IMG/VR virus record: IMGVR_UViG_3300043464_000631
Location: 1-62,546 of that record
Strand: one strand, 5' to 3'
DNA length: 62,546 bases
DNA from: a virus
Taxonomy: Duplodnaviria; Caudoviricetes
Shown one piece after another: positions 25,533 through 33,689 of this stretch (position 1 is the first letter of the stretch; the number at the start of each line of letters is the position of its first letter). A model generated the notes under the pieces. The model saw only the letters and a list, made by a program, of their open reading frames with translations, was not told the DNA's origin and ran no database searches. Both the position numbers and the translations under genes were made by a program.

Positions 25533-25790
25533 CTAGTGGTCGAAACCGTCTGAGTGTTCGCAAGTATACCGAAAGTAATCTGCGTCAGTGTGGCCTAGCT
25601 CTCGAAGTGCTTCGCAGTGGGAAATAGCCCCTCGTGCTGTGGTAAGGGATACCGGGGGGATGTCACCCCGAGAGGGGATGAATACGGCGAAGAGTTCGCG
25701 CAAGGCGTCATTTGCGCAGACGGAAGCTTTAGCTAGCTCGCACGCTCCATCGCGAGCGGATGCGGTAGCCGGTTCTTGGTGTTCTCTCAC
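25533..25790 (-). CDS. Hypothetical protein
   Basis: GTGA overlap. Confidence 0.5.
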   Translation of the reverse strand: MREHQEPATASARDGACELAKASVCANDALRELFAVFIPSRGDIPPVSLTTARGAISHCEALRELGHTDADYFRYTCEHSDGFDH

Positions 25791-26413
25791 ACAACCACCA
25801 CTTCACCATTTACAAACCGATATGCCTTATTTGATTCGATACCGCCTTCGCCGGTATAGCGGACGTGCAGGCGGTGGCGTTGACCATCCCATACGCGCCA
25901 ACAGAGTACGGATTCATCCCCACCCGTGAGGGTGGAGCGATGCCCACCCGTGAGGGTGGATTTATCCCCACCCGTGAGGGTGGAGTAATACCCACCCGTG
26001 AGGGTGGAGTAATCCCCACCCGTGAGGGTGGAACCACACCCACCCGTGAGAACCAACCCAATAATACGGGGAGCCTTTGTCTTCTCCCAAATGTAGCGCG
26101 TTGCGCTTTCTTTGGTGCCAGCGTGGGCGACAGTGCCGGTCTTGAACTTCACTTTACCGTTAAGCCGCACAAGGTCAGATTCAAGCACTCTGAGAACAAG
26201 CCAAACCCCGTCTTCGTGCCAATCTGCCGCCAAGTAATCACCTTCACCATTCTCCCACCCGTGCAGACCACGACCACACACGGGGTCGGGAATCCAATCG
26301 GGAGCGGTCACGGTGCCCTTCTTCGGGTACTGAAAGGTTTTGTTGCGGGACTTGTTCTCCGGGTCGTTGACGCGGAGCACGTAAACGTACTTCGGGTTCT
26401 TAGTGGTGGTCAT
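25787..26413 (-). CDS. Phage protein with octapeptide (STLTGGxx) repeats
   Basis: Start at MTTTKNPKY after AAAGGAG; CGRGLHGW N-domain, repeats, C-terminal YTGEGGIESNKAYR. Confidence 0.8.
   Translation of the reverse strand: MTTTKNPKYVYVLRVNDPENKSRNKTFQYPKKGTVTAPDWIPDPVCGRGLHGWENGEGDYLAADWHEDGVWLVLRVLESDLVRLNGKVKFKTGTVAHAGTKESATRYIWEKTKAPRIIGLVLTGGCGSTLTGGDYSTLTGGYYSTLTGGDKSTLTGGHRSTLTGGDESVLCWRVWDGQRHRLHVRYTGEGGIESNKAYRFVNGEVVVV
25919..26050. repeat. 24-bp-period tandem repeat: 18-nt invariant CCCACCCGTGAGGGTGGA plus 6 variable nt, 5 full copies and 1 partial
   Basis: Copies start at 25919, 25943, 25967, 25991, 26015, 26039. Confidence 0.9.
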
Positions 26414-26432
26414 TTTGGTTATCTCCTTTCGG

Positions 26433-26831
26433 TTAGAACTGGGCATACAACACCGTTTCGTCATCGTACCCACATACGGACGTGTTATCCCGAAGATACT
26501 CAAGGATCGCCTCGCGTCGGGCTTCGGCGAAGGCTTCTTCATCGAGCGTACCCGGGATGACTTCGCCACCCTCGTCAAGATCGGAGTAGTCGGCGGGGTC
26601 GGGTAGGTCGATGCTGTGTATAAAGCAGTTGCTGGCTACATCGTCCCACGATTCCTCGGAATACTCGCAGCACAAGGCGATAACGTCGAGTTCGATAGGC
26701 TGGCCGAGATCATCGGAGAGTTCTTCGAGGTAGTCATAAAGCCAGCGCAGGTTTTCAAACTGGTCACGGCGCTCGTAACGACGAAAGGCAGCGGAAAAGT
26801 CTGCGTAGTCTACTGTCTGGATGATGGGCAT
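26433..26831 (-). CDS. Highly acidic early protein
   Basis: LYDYLEEL...IELDVIALCCEYSE; 34 of 132 residues D/E, no Lys. Confidence 0.8.
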   Translation of the reverse strand: MPIIQTVDYADFSAAFRRYERRDQFENLRWLYDYLEELSDDLGQPIELDVIALCCEYSEESWDDVASNCFIHSIDLPDPADYSDLDEGGEVIPGTLDEEAFAEARREAILEYLRDNTSVCGYDDETVLYAQF

Positions 26832-26938
26832 AGCAATCTCCGATAGTCGCGTCTAGCGACGCTTGCGGGGTGAGCCGGCCGGGGCCGGTGAGCGGAGTAG
26901 ATACTCTGGGGTTGTGTTCGGTGAGCGTAGATTATCGC

Positions 26939-27295
26939 TTACGCCATTGCAAGCGCGATGCGCTTACGTTCTTCGTTTGCTTGCGGGATGGACTCGTTCA
27001 GCAAGTCGTTTGCGATTTCAAGGAGATATTCGGCACCGCTGAAAGACTCAACGCCCCAAAGAGACGCGAAGAAACCAAGATCAACTCCCGCACGCGATGC
27101 AGTGATCTCGACACCCACGAACTCCCAATCGTCGCGCTTCCACGCCTCGATTTGTTCGGGAGTATAGCAGTCAAAGTCTTGCGGGGTTGTGTCACGGTCG
27201 TGGTGAATGGTGGCTGTGTAGTCCGTGCCATCCACGGTGCAAGTGATTGAGTCACCGGGAACAACGTCGAAGCGGGAAAAGGGGTTGGTGAACAT
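26939..27295 (-). CDS. Conserved acidic early protein
   Basis: AWKRDDWEFVGV...ASLWGVES; GAGG RBS. Confidence 0.75.
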   Translation of the reverse strand: MFTNPFSRFDVVPGDSITCTVDGTDYTATIHHDRDTTPQDFDCYTPEQIEAWKRDDWEFVGVEITASRAGVDLGFFASLWGVESFSGAEYLLEIANDLLNESIPQANEERKRIALAMA

Positions 27296-27347
27296 GCAGG
27301 CGGTTCCTCGTTAGGCGCAACTGGCGCCGCTTGGTGTGGTGTAGTGA

Positions 27348-27653
27348 TTAGATCACGAGTTCGGCGGGGATGTCAACTGTGCTGCCGAGTTTGGAAGCCA
27401 CCCTGCAACGCATAGCTGCGACTAGGGCAGTGGGACCAGAGGAGTAACCCCCGAAGTCCCCCACCGACGCATTCCAACAGTCGTTATCCCAATCTGTGGA
27501 AATCAACTCCCGCTCAATAATCGGGCCGCCTAATCGCCAATCCGAAGAGAAAGGGGCCGGATTGGCTTGGTCCCAGATGTGCTCACATTTCTCTACAGCC
27601 CAATCAAGAGCGAGACCAGTGAGTTCGGAGACGGGAACGGATACGGTAGGCAT
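27348..27653 (-). CDS. NinX / DUF2591 family protein
   Basis: ELTGLALDWAV, SSDWRLGGPIIERE, GPTALVAAMRC. Confidence 0.8.
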   Translation of the reverse strand: MPTVSVPVSELTGLALDWAVEKCEHIWDQANPAPFSSDWRLGGPIIERELISTDWDNDCWNASVGDFGGYSSGPTALVAAMRCRVASKLGSTVDIPAELVI

Positions 27654-27750
27654 GGTGTGTGATCCTCTTTTGTGTGTGTGTGGTGGGTGCATCTTGAAGC
27701 ATAGCGGACTAGAAACGCAACCCTAGAATGGTAAACGATTGTCTAAGGTT

Positions 27751-28027
27751 GCGTATCTAAGCGGCTCAATCCACGTTATACCAGTCAGTGCGCAGCAGGT
27801 CGAAGGCCGTGAGGTCATCAATGTGGCGCTTCACCGGCAAGCAATGCTCCCGGATGAAAGCCTCATCCTTGAAGTCTTCCGGGTTGTCCCGGTGAATCCA
27901 GAACCTACCGTCGATGATGCAGAACGCACCGATGAAGCCCGGATGAGTGAAAGGGCGGGTAAGGTCACAGTCTGTGAGTTTCATGTGAGGATGCTTCCCT
28001 TGTATGTGTGGCGTATCTAAGCGGCTC
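27751..28027. repeat. 17-bp direct repeats GCGTATCTAAGCGGCTC at 27751-27767 and 28011-28027
   Basis: Two exact copies flanking one gene. Confidence 0.85.
27766..27984 (-). CDS. Hypothetical protein
   Basis: ORF fills the space between the direct repeats. Confidence 0.6.
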   Translation of the reverse strand: MKLTDCDLTRPFTHPGFIGAFCIIDGRFWIHRDNPEDFKDEAFIREHCLPVKRHIDDLTAFDLLRTDWYNVD

Positions 28028-28032
28028 GGGTG

Positions 28033-28320
28033 TTACTCGCCCCGCGCGTATTCAATCCCACACAAGAATGCGTGGAGCTGGTCGTACAAGGCGCGAGCGG
28101 AGACGTAGCCGACGCGGAACACGTCGTTAACACCCCCGCACTCGTTCGCCATTTGGTGAAGGCTGTAGCCACCATAAGCGCTGTCGATGTGAAAGTTACC
28201 GATGTTGGATCGGAGCTTGCCATCTTCCCCACGCGACCAAGGCTCAAGGGAAGTGCCGGCTGTACGGTTCAGGCGGTCAACGAGAGGGCGAAGGTGTTTG
28301 ATTGTGATGCGTGCGCTCAT
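28033..28320 (-). CDS. Conserved early phage protein
   Basis: RITIKHL...IGNFHIDSAYGGYSL. Confidence 0.75.
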   Translation of the reverse strand: MSARITIKHLRPLVDRLNRTAGTSLEPWSRGEDGKLRSNIGNFHIDSAYGGYSLHQMANECGGVNDVFRVGYVSARALYDQLHAFLCGIEYARGE

Positions 28321-28601
28321 GGTTTGTGCTCCTCTTGGGCCTTTTCGATATCTCGCAATTGCATTGAAAGTGACTGCTTACGGCTTGCGATTGTGCTTGT
28401 TATAGCTCGAATAAGTGCAATTTTCAAGCCCTCACAAACGTCTGCATTAAGGGTCACTGTGTCTACGTGGTTCGGCTTGTTGTCGGTGTAGCTGCTGATT
28501 GTTACGTTGATTCCACTGGCAGCTAACTTGTTGAGGTCTAGTGCAGTAGCTTGTCGGAGGGCGGTAATAAGTTGATATGTGTCGCCGTGATTCTTTGCCA
28601 T
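28317..28601 (-). CDS. Hypothetical protein
   Basis: AAAGGA RBS. Confidence 0.65.
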   Translation of the reverse strand: MAKNHGDTYQLITALRQATALDLNKLAASGINVTISSYTDNKPNHVDTVTLNADVCEGLKIALIRAITSTIASRKQSLSMQLRDIEKAQEEHKP

Positions 28602-28618
28602 GTGTGCGGTTCCTTTTG

Positions 28619-28837
28619 TTAAACGTGGTATTCGACGGATTCAATCAATCCGTTGTCGTTTGTGTTCGACGCTTTCAGGTGCTCACAGCCATACCACTTC
28701 CCGACACTGTAATGGGAGTCTGTGTGTGCATAGACGGACGGGATACCACAAACAGGGCACGTTGCCTCTGTCGTCATGTGGAAGCCTTGGGGCAAGGAAC
28801 GGTCACGATGGTTTGTGTTGACAGTGTACCATTTCAT
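28619..28837 (-). CDS. Hypothetical zinc-ribbon protein
   Basis: CPVCG...CEH; GGAG RBS. Confidence 0.6.
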   Translation of the reverse strand: MKWYTVNTNHRDRSLPQGFHMTTEATCPVCGIPSVYAHTDSHYSVGKWYGCEHLKASNTNDNGLIESVEYHV

Positions 28838-28907
28838 GACGGCTAGTCTCCGGGTTAGTGTGTGGCGAACGTTGTGGTAAGGATAGTGGCACAACAAACT
28901 AGCGCCG

Positions 28908-29141
28908 TCAACACCTACGGTGTGCGTCGCGTAGGATTTGGGCCTTAATCATGTTGTGCCTAGACAGCACTTCTGCGGCGAAGGCGATTATTCCGGGCTC
29001 TTCCAACAGCTCCTGCATTAGTTGCACACGATCATCTCCGGTCAGGTGTTCATCGACGGTCAAGATGTGGTGAACGATGCGCACATACCGCTGTAGGTCG
29101 GGGAATGTGAGCTTATCAATATCGGCCTGTTCAAGGTTCAT
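28908..29141 (-). CDS. Hypothetical protein
   Basis: AAGGAG RBS. Confidence 0.6.
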   Translation of the reverse strand: MNLEQADIDKLTFPDLQRYVRIVHHILTVDEHLTGDDRVQLMQELLEEPGIIAFAAEVLSRHNMIKAQILRDAHRRC

Positions 29142-29514
29142 ACGGCTCTCCTTCACTACATGGCGGAACAGGTGCCTCGTGCAGATTCGCGACCGCTTGT
29201 TGATAGACGCTTAAACCTTTTTCTGACTCTTCAGCGGTCATAAGCGCAGCGGCCCTCACCATGCGGTTTTGTTCCCTTAGCAAATCTGCTACCCTTTTTC
29301 TGTCTATCCCGTGTGGAGAATTGTCTGGGGTGAAAGCTGCTACAGAACTAACAGCCCACCTCCTAGGCGCGGAGATTATAGGGCACATGGCGACCCAGTA
29401 TGTGCAGAATCCACCATCAACTTTAATCGTTCGCCTTCCCCATGCAAAGCTGCGAAAAGACTCCGCAGCGTTGCGGTCGATTAAATGACGCAATGTCTTA
29501 TTGTTCGCATTCAT
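29131..29514 (-). CDS. Hypothetical protein
   Basis: Start at MNANNK after AAGGA. Confidence 0.55.
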   Translation of the reverse strand: MNANNKTLRHLIDRNAAESFRSFAWGRRTIKVDGGFCTYWVAMCPIISAPRRWAVSSVAAFTPDNSPHGIDRKRVADLLREQNRMVRAAALMTAEESEKGLSVYQQAVANLHEAPVPPCSEGEPYEP

Positions 29515-29518
29515 TGTG

Positions 29519-29701
29519 TCATTTATCCTTGTAAGTATCCTCGCAAATGTTCCGGGCGGTCTCCGCCTTGCTTTCCGCGCGTATGTATTCAAAGGTTGCG
29601 GGCGAGTTTAGAAGTTCAAACTCGTAACGCTTTGCGTTTTGAACGTGCGCTATGACTTCATCCGCCAAAGACACAACCCACGCTTTCGTTTTGTTATCCA
29701 T
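29519..29701 (-). CDS. Hypothetical protein
   Basis: Start at MDNKTK. Confidence 0.5.
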   Translation of the reverse strand: MDNKTKAWVVSLADEVIAHVQNAKRYEFELLNSPATFEYIRAESKAETARNICEDTYKDK

Positions 29702-29718
29702 CTTAGCGGCGACTTCAG

Positions 29719-29940
29719 TTAGCGGATGATGATAGGCATGGTGACACAAACAATCGCCAGAAACAAGAGCCAACTTGTAACGATTTGCAACCGGGCAGCT
29801 CGTCGGGACTTGCGCTCCTGCTCCCTCTTCTCATACCGATACAGGCTAGAGCGAGCGAGTGCGCTTGTGTCCCGCTCGGCTCTCTCGGATGACACTTGAC
29901 GAAGCAGGACGTTGTAGGCTTGAAGTTCTTTGCGGTTCAT
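29719..29940 (-). CDS. Small protein with C-terminal TM helix
   Basis: GGAG RBS, hydrophobic C-terminus. Confidence 0.6.
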   Translation of the reverse strand: MNRKELQAYNVLLRQVSSERAERDTSALARSSLYRYEKREQERKSRRAARLQIVTSWLLFLAIVCVTMPIIIR

Positions 29941-29944
29941 TCGG

Positions 29945-30256
29945 TTATGGCTCCAGAAAACAACGAAGGCGGTTAAGGGCAGTTCGCTTGTGAATGCGTG
30001 CAGGCTTCAAATCCAAAACAGCATCTTTTGCCTCGTTAATCTTGTTCAGATAATCACGATTGGTCTTGCGATCTTCCGGGCTCCAATTGGGCCAAGTGTG
30101 ACCGGAGATCATGCCGTGTGTGATGAACATCTTATTCCCGTAATGGAGCATCCGCTCCGCGTGCCACGTATGGTAGTCGCGAGACATGTCTTTGATCTGC
30201 TGCGCAATCTCGTCAAACGGTTCCCAAGCGCGGGTCCTGTCTTTGTTTGTATTCAT
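29945..30256 (-). CDS. Hypothetical protein
   Basis: GGGAG RBS. Confidence 0.6.
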   Translation of the reverse strand: MNTNKDRTRAWEPFDEIAQQIKDMSRDYHTWHAERMLHYGNKMFITHGMISGHTWPNWSPEDRKTNRDYLNKINEAKDAVLDLKPARIHKRTALNRLRCFLEP

Positions 30257-30262
30257 TGGTTA

Positions 30263-30379
30263 TCAGCTCCCGTAAGCAATAGCGTCAAGGTCCGCACTCG
30301 ATTCGGATTCAATCCGGGCGAGTTCGCACAGGTAGGCGATTAGCTCGCCGTCGGTCATTTCGTCTGTGTAGTCTGGCAT
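30263..30379 (-). CDS. Small acidic 38-aa early protein (not in ORF track)
   Basis: MPDYTDEMTDGELIAYLCEL...; AAGGA RBS. Confidence 0.5.
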   Translation of the reverse strand: MPDYTDEMTDGELIAYLCELARIESESSADLDAIAYGS

Positions 30380-30475
30380 GGGTTTGGATTCCTTCGCTTC
30401 GGTTCGGGTTAGCCTACTCTAGCGCGAATAGACTAACACAAAACGTGATGCGGTGTCACGGGTTAGCTGGGTAGG

Positions 30476-30715
30476 TTACTTCACGGATAGGTGAGTAGCA
30501 GGCGGCGGGTAGGTGTCGTGGTGTTCATTTCGTGTGGTGTCCGCTTGTTGGTGGGTCGCCACTAGCGTGGCTTGGGTGTAGATTGACAGCAGATAGGATC
30601 TAAACTTGGCGCGGGCTTCCTTAACAGTGTAGCCGTAGAATGTCCTGCGGATCAGATGACCGCGCACGATCGTGCTTACAGTGATAGAGCCATTGTGGTT
30701 TCTTTCGATGTTCAT
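30476..30715 (-). CDS. First early gene, hypothetical
   Basis: MNIERNHNGSITVS...FYGYTVKEA; AAAGGA RBS. Confidence 0.65.
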   Translation of the reverse strand: MNIERNHNGSITVSTIVRGHLIRRTFYGYTVKEARAKFRSYLLSIYTQATLVATHQQADTTRNEHHDTYPPPATHLSVK

Positions 30716-31403
30716 CGTGAGATTTTCCTTTTGTGTGTGCTGCGGTGTGAGGCTAGATTGGCACGGGCTGGGCCGGTTGGCAAGCGGTATTTTGTAAACG
30801 ATTGTGTCAAGTGAGAGAGGCCACCGCACAGCGTGCGGGATAGGGATGCGCGCTCACGCGCGTGTGTGTTCCTTATGTGCCGTAGGTGTGTTGGTCAGGT
30901 ATAACACCCAAGCACCTTGTTAGGTGCTTATTACTGCACAAGTGTATATTAATGGGCAGTCTTACGGTGGGCGAGGGTGTTCCTTCCCCCACCCCCCTTC
31001 TCCCTTCTGCCACACACTTAACAGTCCCATACCGTCACTGTCGTGACTGGTGTGCCGTGGGAAATGTTAACAGGGCATTCCCCATTACCTTTTCAATTTC
31101 ATATTTGACTGGCTAATGTTTATTCAATTGGTCTAGTGCGCCTAATGCATTAGCTGGTTATTGGCTTCCTATTACCAGTCAGCGCCTATCGCATTAGCTA
31201 GCCCTACTCTAATCTTGATCCGCCTTCCATTCTATTGGCTGGTAATTCTTGGCCTAATGGCCTATTGGCCTTCTGGCTGAATCTAGACCCCCGGGGGTAT
31301 CCCCTTTCGCGATGGGGTGGGGTGGTGGGGGTGGCCCCTCAACCTCCCGGTAAAAATCCCAATTACGAACTTAACGATTTCCTTCCGTAATTCCCTGAGT
31401 ATC

Positions 31404-31432
31404 TTGACAAGGGGGCACAGAACATCTACAAT
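31404..31432 (+). promoter_or_regulatory. sigma70-type promoter
   Basis: TTGACA-17 bp-TACAAT. Confidence 0.8.
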
Positions 31433-31473
31433 CGGGCACTACTTTTAACAATCGCATCAAGGAGTTACAACCT

Positions 31474-32166
31474 GTGGACTGTAACGACGATCTACAAAGC
31501 AGATACTGTGTCATTTGCAACAGTACCCACGAAGTGGGGGTGGACTATCCCTCGCTAGAGGGATCAGACGTTTGTCCAATGGTCCTAGAACTCAACAGGA
31601 AGCTCTTAGAGGCTTGTCTAGAGCCTACCCCCACCCACCCTACCGGGTGTGACATACAGGCGCCTCCAATCACGTCCTACGCGGACTACCTCTTTCGTAA
31701 GGCGTACTTCTCCAACAAACCCCTTCGACCCGACGAACAAGACAAGCTAAACAAGCTGGTTAAGGGGATGGATCGAGGAGTTGTAGCCAAGAAGGCGTGG
31801 AAGAATCGGAAGAAGAGACTTAAGGGATTTGATGCTCGGGAACGACGCAGAAGGCTTGATATGGGGTATCGGTACGAGTATCTTCTCGATGTGTGGAAGA
31901 TGGCTAAGATTCCAGTTGATTTGAGTCGGGATGAGTTCGTCTCGGTTGTGATGGGCTCGTTCATGGTGAGTTATGTGTACCCTTGGGTGGGTACAATAGC
32001 CGAGTACATACGGGATACTAGGGATGGAGGGATGGGGGGTTCCATACGATTGGAACGAAGGGATACGAGTATACCCCTTCGGTTAGGGAACATTCATATT
32101 CTAGAGAACCTACCGAAGGAGTTGAGAAGGGACAAGAGAGCTACTAAACTGATAGTAAGTGTTTGA
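31474..32166 (+). CDS. Hypothetical protein with possibly degenerate HNH-like C-terminus
   Basis: AAGGAG RBS; CxxC; IPVDLSRDEF...LERRDTSIPLRLGNI. Confidence 0.65.
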   Translation: MDCNDDLQSRYCVICNSTHEVGVDYPSLEGSDVCPMVLELNRKLLEACLEPTPTHPTGCDIQAPPITSYADYLFRKAYFSNKPLRPDEQDKLNKLVKGMDRGVVAKKAWKNRKKRLKGFDARERRRRLDMGYRYEYLLDVWKMAKIPVDLSRDEFVSVVMGSFMVSYVYPWVGTIAEYIRDTRDGGMGGSIRLERRDTSIPLRLGNIHILENLPKELRRDKRATKLIVSV

Positions 32167-32279
32167 TATTTGAGATTAAAGGTGGGTTATGATCGGCCAC
32201 AGAACCCGCCTCTGGCGGGGATGAACAGAGCCAAGCTCTGCTTGGCGATGGGGTATTGACAAATCTCCTGAACAAGAGT

Positions 32280-32480
32280 ATCAAAGATTATATATTATAT
32301 AATATATACTATACATACTCTTCTCTAACCTACTAAGTTATCTACTTACGTAGATATATCTCTACAACCCTACTAAGTATAACTAACCATAGAAAGTATC
32401 TATCCTACCTACCAAGAATAACTAAACCCTAGATAGAATACATCTATAGCTTAATACCATCTAAACCTACGGTTTGAAGG
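32280..32480. other. AT-rich, G-poor, repeat-rich tract, candidate replication origin
   Basis: 20-bp palindrome TATATATTATATAATATATA (32289-32308); CCTACTAAGT at 32329 and 32369. Confidence 0.5.
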
Positions 32481-32484
32481 ATAC

Positions 32485-32513
32485 TAGACACTCTTGCGTC
32501 GGATAAGTATACT
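32485..32513 (+). promoter_or_regulatory. sigma70-type promoter
   Basis: TAGACA-17 bp-TATACT. Confidence 0.6.
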
Positions 32514-32552
32514 CTTGTGGCGTCGTACCCACTTTACCGAGGAGCAACCCAA

Positions 32553-32894
32553 GTGACCCCCGACACCAACGACTACACCCAACTTACCAACGAACAGCTC
32601 TCCGAGCTGATCCACCGTCTCAGCGTCGAATCGAGGAATCGGTACGAAACAAGAATGGAGCTGGAAAAGCTCAGGCAAGAACACCGTGCCGGGTTGGACA
32701 ACGATCCCGAGGTTCTCCGGACTGCGTTCAATCATCCGATCAAGCTCGGCGGTAAAGTTCTGGCTGGGGTGGATAACATCGACGCGATCATGACCGAAGC
32801 AGACAAACTTTGTGCTCGATGGGAAGAGCGGATCAACAACATCAACGCTAAGGCGCCTGAGAGCCTCTCTAAGCCCGACCTAGACCGTGGGTAA
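32553..32894 (+). CDS. Hypothetical protein
   Basis: GAGGAG RBS before GTG. Confidence 0.65.
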   Translation: MTPDTNDYTQLTNEQLSELIHRLSVESRNRYETRMELEKLRQEHRAGLDNDPEVLRTAFNHPIKLGGKVLAGVDNIDAIMTEADKLCARWEERINNINAKAPESLSKPDLDRG

Positions 32895-32951
32895 GGCCGA
32901 GGGTGCGGGTAAGGGTGGAGAGGGGCTTACGGAGGCTCCTAGGAGGTCTGA

Positions 32952-33128
32952 GTGAAAAAGATCGAGGACATGACGTGGGATGAGGTTCAAGCATACCTCC
33001 AAAAGGTCTACGCAAGGGACCGAGAGCGAATCTTGGCAGGAGAAGTCAAACCCCAAGAGTTGTTCTGGTTCACACATGAGATGGTAAAGGACGCCAAGAT
33101 CACTTGGCCCAAGAGGTTTAAACCATGA
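32952..33128 (+). CDS. Hypothetical 58-aa protein (not in ORF track)
   Basis: AGGAGG RBS; MKKIEDMTWDEVQAYL...; ATGA overlap with the next gene. Confidence 0.65.
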   Translation: MKKIEDMTWDEVQAYLQKVYARDRERILAGEVKPQELFWFTHEMVKDAKITWPKRFKP

Positions 33129-33394
33129 AAAACGTGATTGACCGTATTGCCGAACTTCGCCGTAACATCGCCGTCCACTCGTACTTGTACTACCGGATGT
33201 ACGAGTCCGTAGTCCCTGATGCTGTGTTCGATATGTGGTCCCGAGAGCTGGTCAAGCTCCAGACAGAGCACCCCGAGGAATCCGAGAAGGTTCCGTGCCA
33301 CCTTGACTACTTCCGAGACTGGGAAGGAGCTTCGGGGTTTGACTTCCCGTTTACCGACGAGATCAAGGAACAAGCGGAGAAGCTGCTCTCTTGA
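33125..33394 (+). CDS. Stand-alone NAD-dependent DNA ligase N-terminal (Ia)-like domain
   Basis: IAELRRNIAVHSYLYY...VPDAVFD....ELVKLQTEHPE, matching the LigA Ia pattern. Confidence 0.75.
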   Translation: MKNVIDRIAELRRNIAVHSYLYYRMYESVVPDAVFDMWSRELVKLQTEHPEESEKVPCHLDYFRDWEGASGFDFPFTDEIKEQAEKLLS

Positions 33395-33419
33395 CAACAC
33401 CCCCGAACAACAGTACAAT
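33391..33419 (+). promoter_or_regulatory. sigma70-type promoter for the late operon
   Basis: TTGACA-17 bp-TACAAT. Confidence 0.8.
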
Positions 33420-33457
33420 CGCGACTCCCAACCCACCTGCAATGGAGGTAACACCAA

Positions 33458-33652
33458 ATGCCCGCAGCAAACCTGAAACCCCGTGATTTTTTCGCCCAAG
33501 GTGATAGCGACAAGGCCAAGGAATTGGCCGACGCTTTCGCTGAAATTGAGGCCAACATCGAAAGCCTTCGTGCTTGGGGTGCTACCCTTGCAGCTAAGCT
33601 CAACGCTGATGGTGGCGTGACCGACACGAACTACCAAGCGCCTGCCCTTTAA
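33458..33652 (+). CDS. Small putative virion/fibre-associated protein
   Basis: GGAGG RBS; coiled coil ending LAAKLNADGGVTDTNY. Confidence 0.6.
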   Translation: MPAANLKPRDFFAQGDSDKAKELADAFAEIEANIESLRAWGATLAAKLNADGGVTDTNYQAPAL

Positions 33653-33689
33653 TCGACTTTAGACCTAGCCAAGGAGGGCTTTAACCACG

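Noticed and set aside
25919-26050. CRISPR array
   Set aside because: Spacers are only 6 nt, the 24-nt period keeps frame inside a protein, and no cas genes are present
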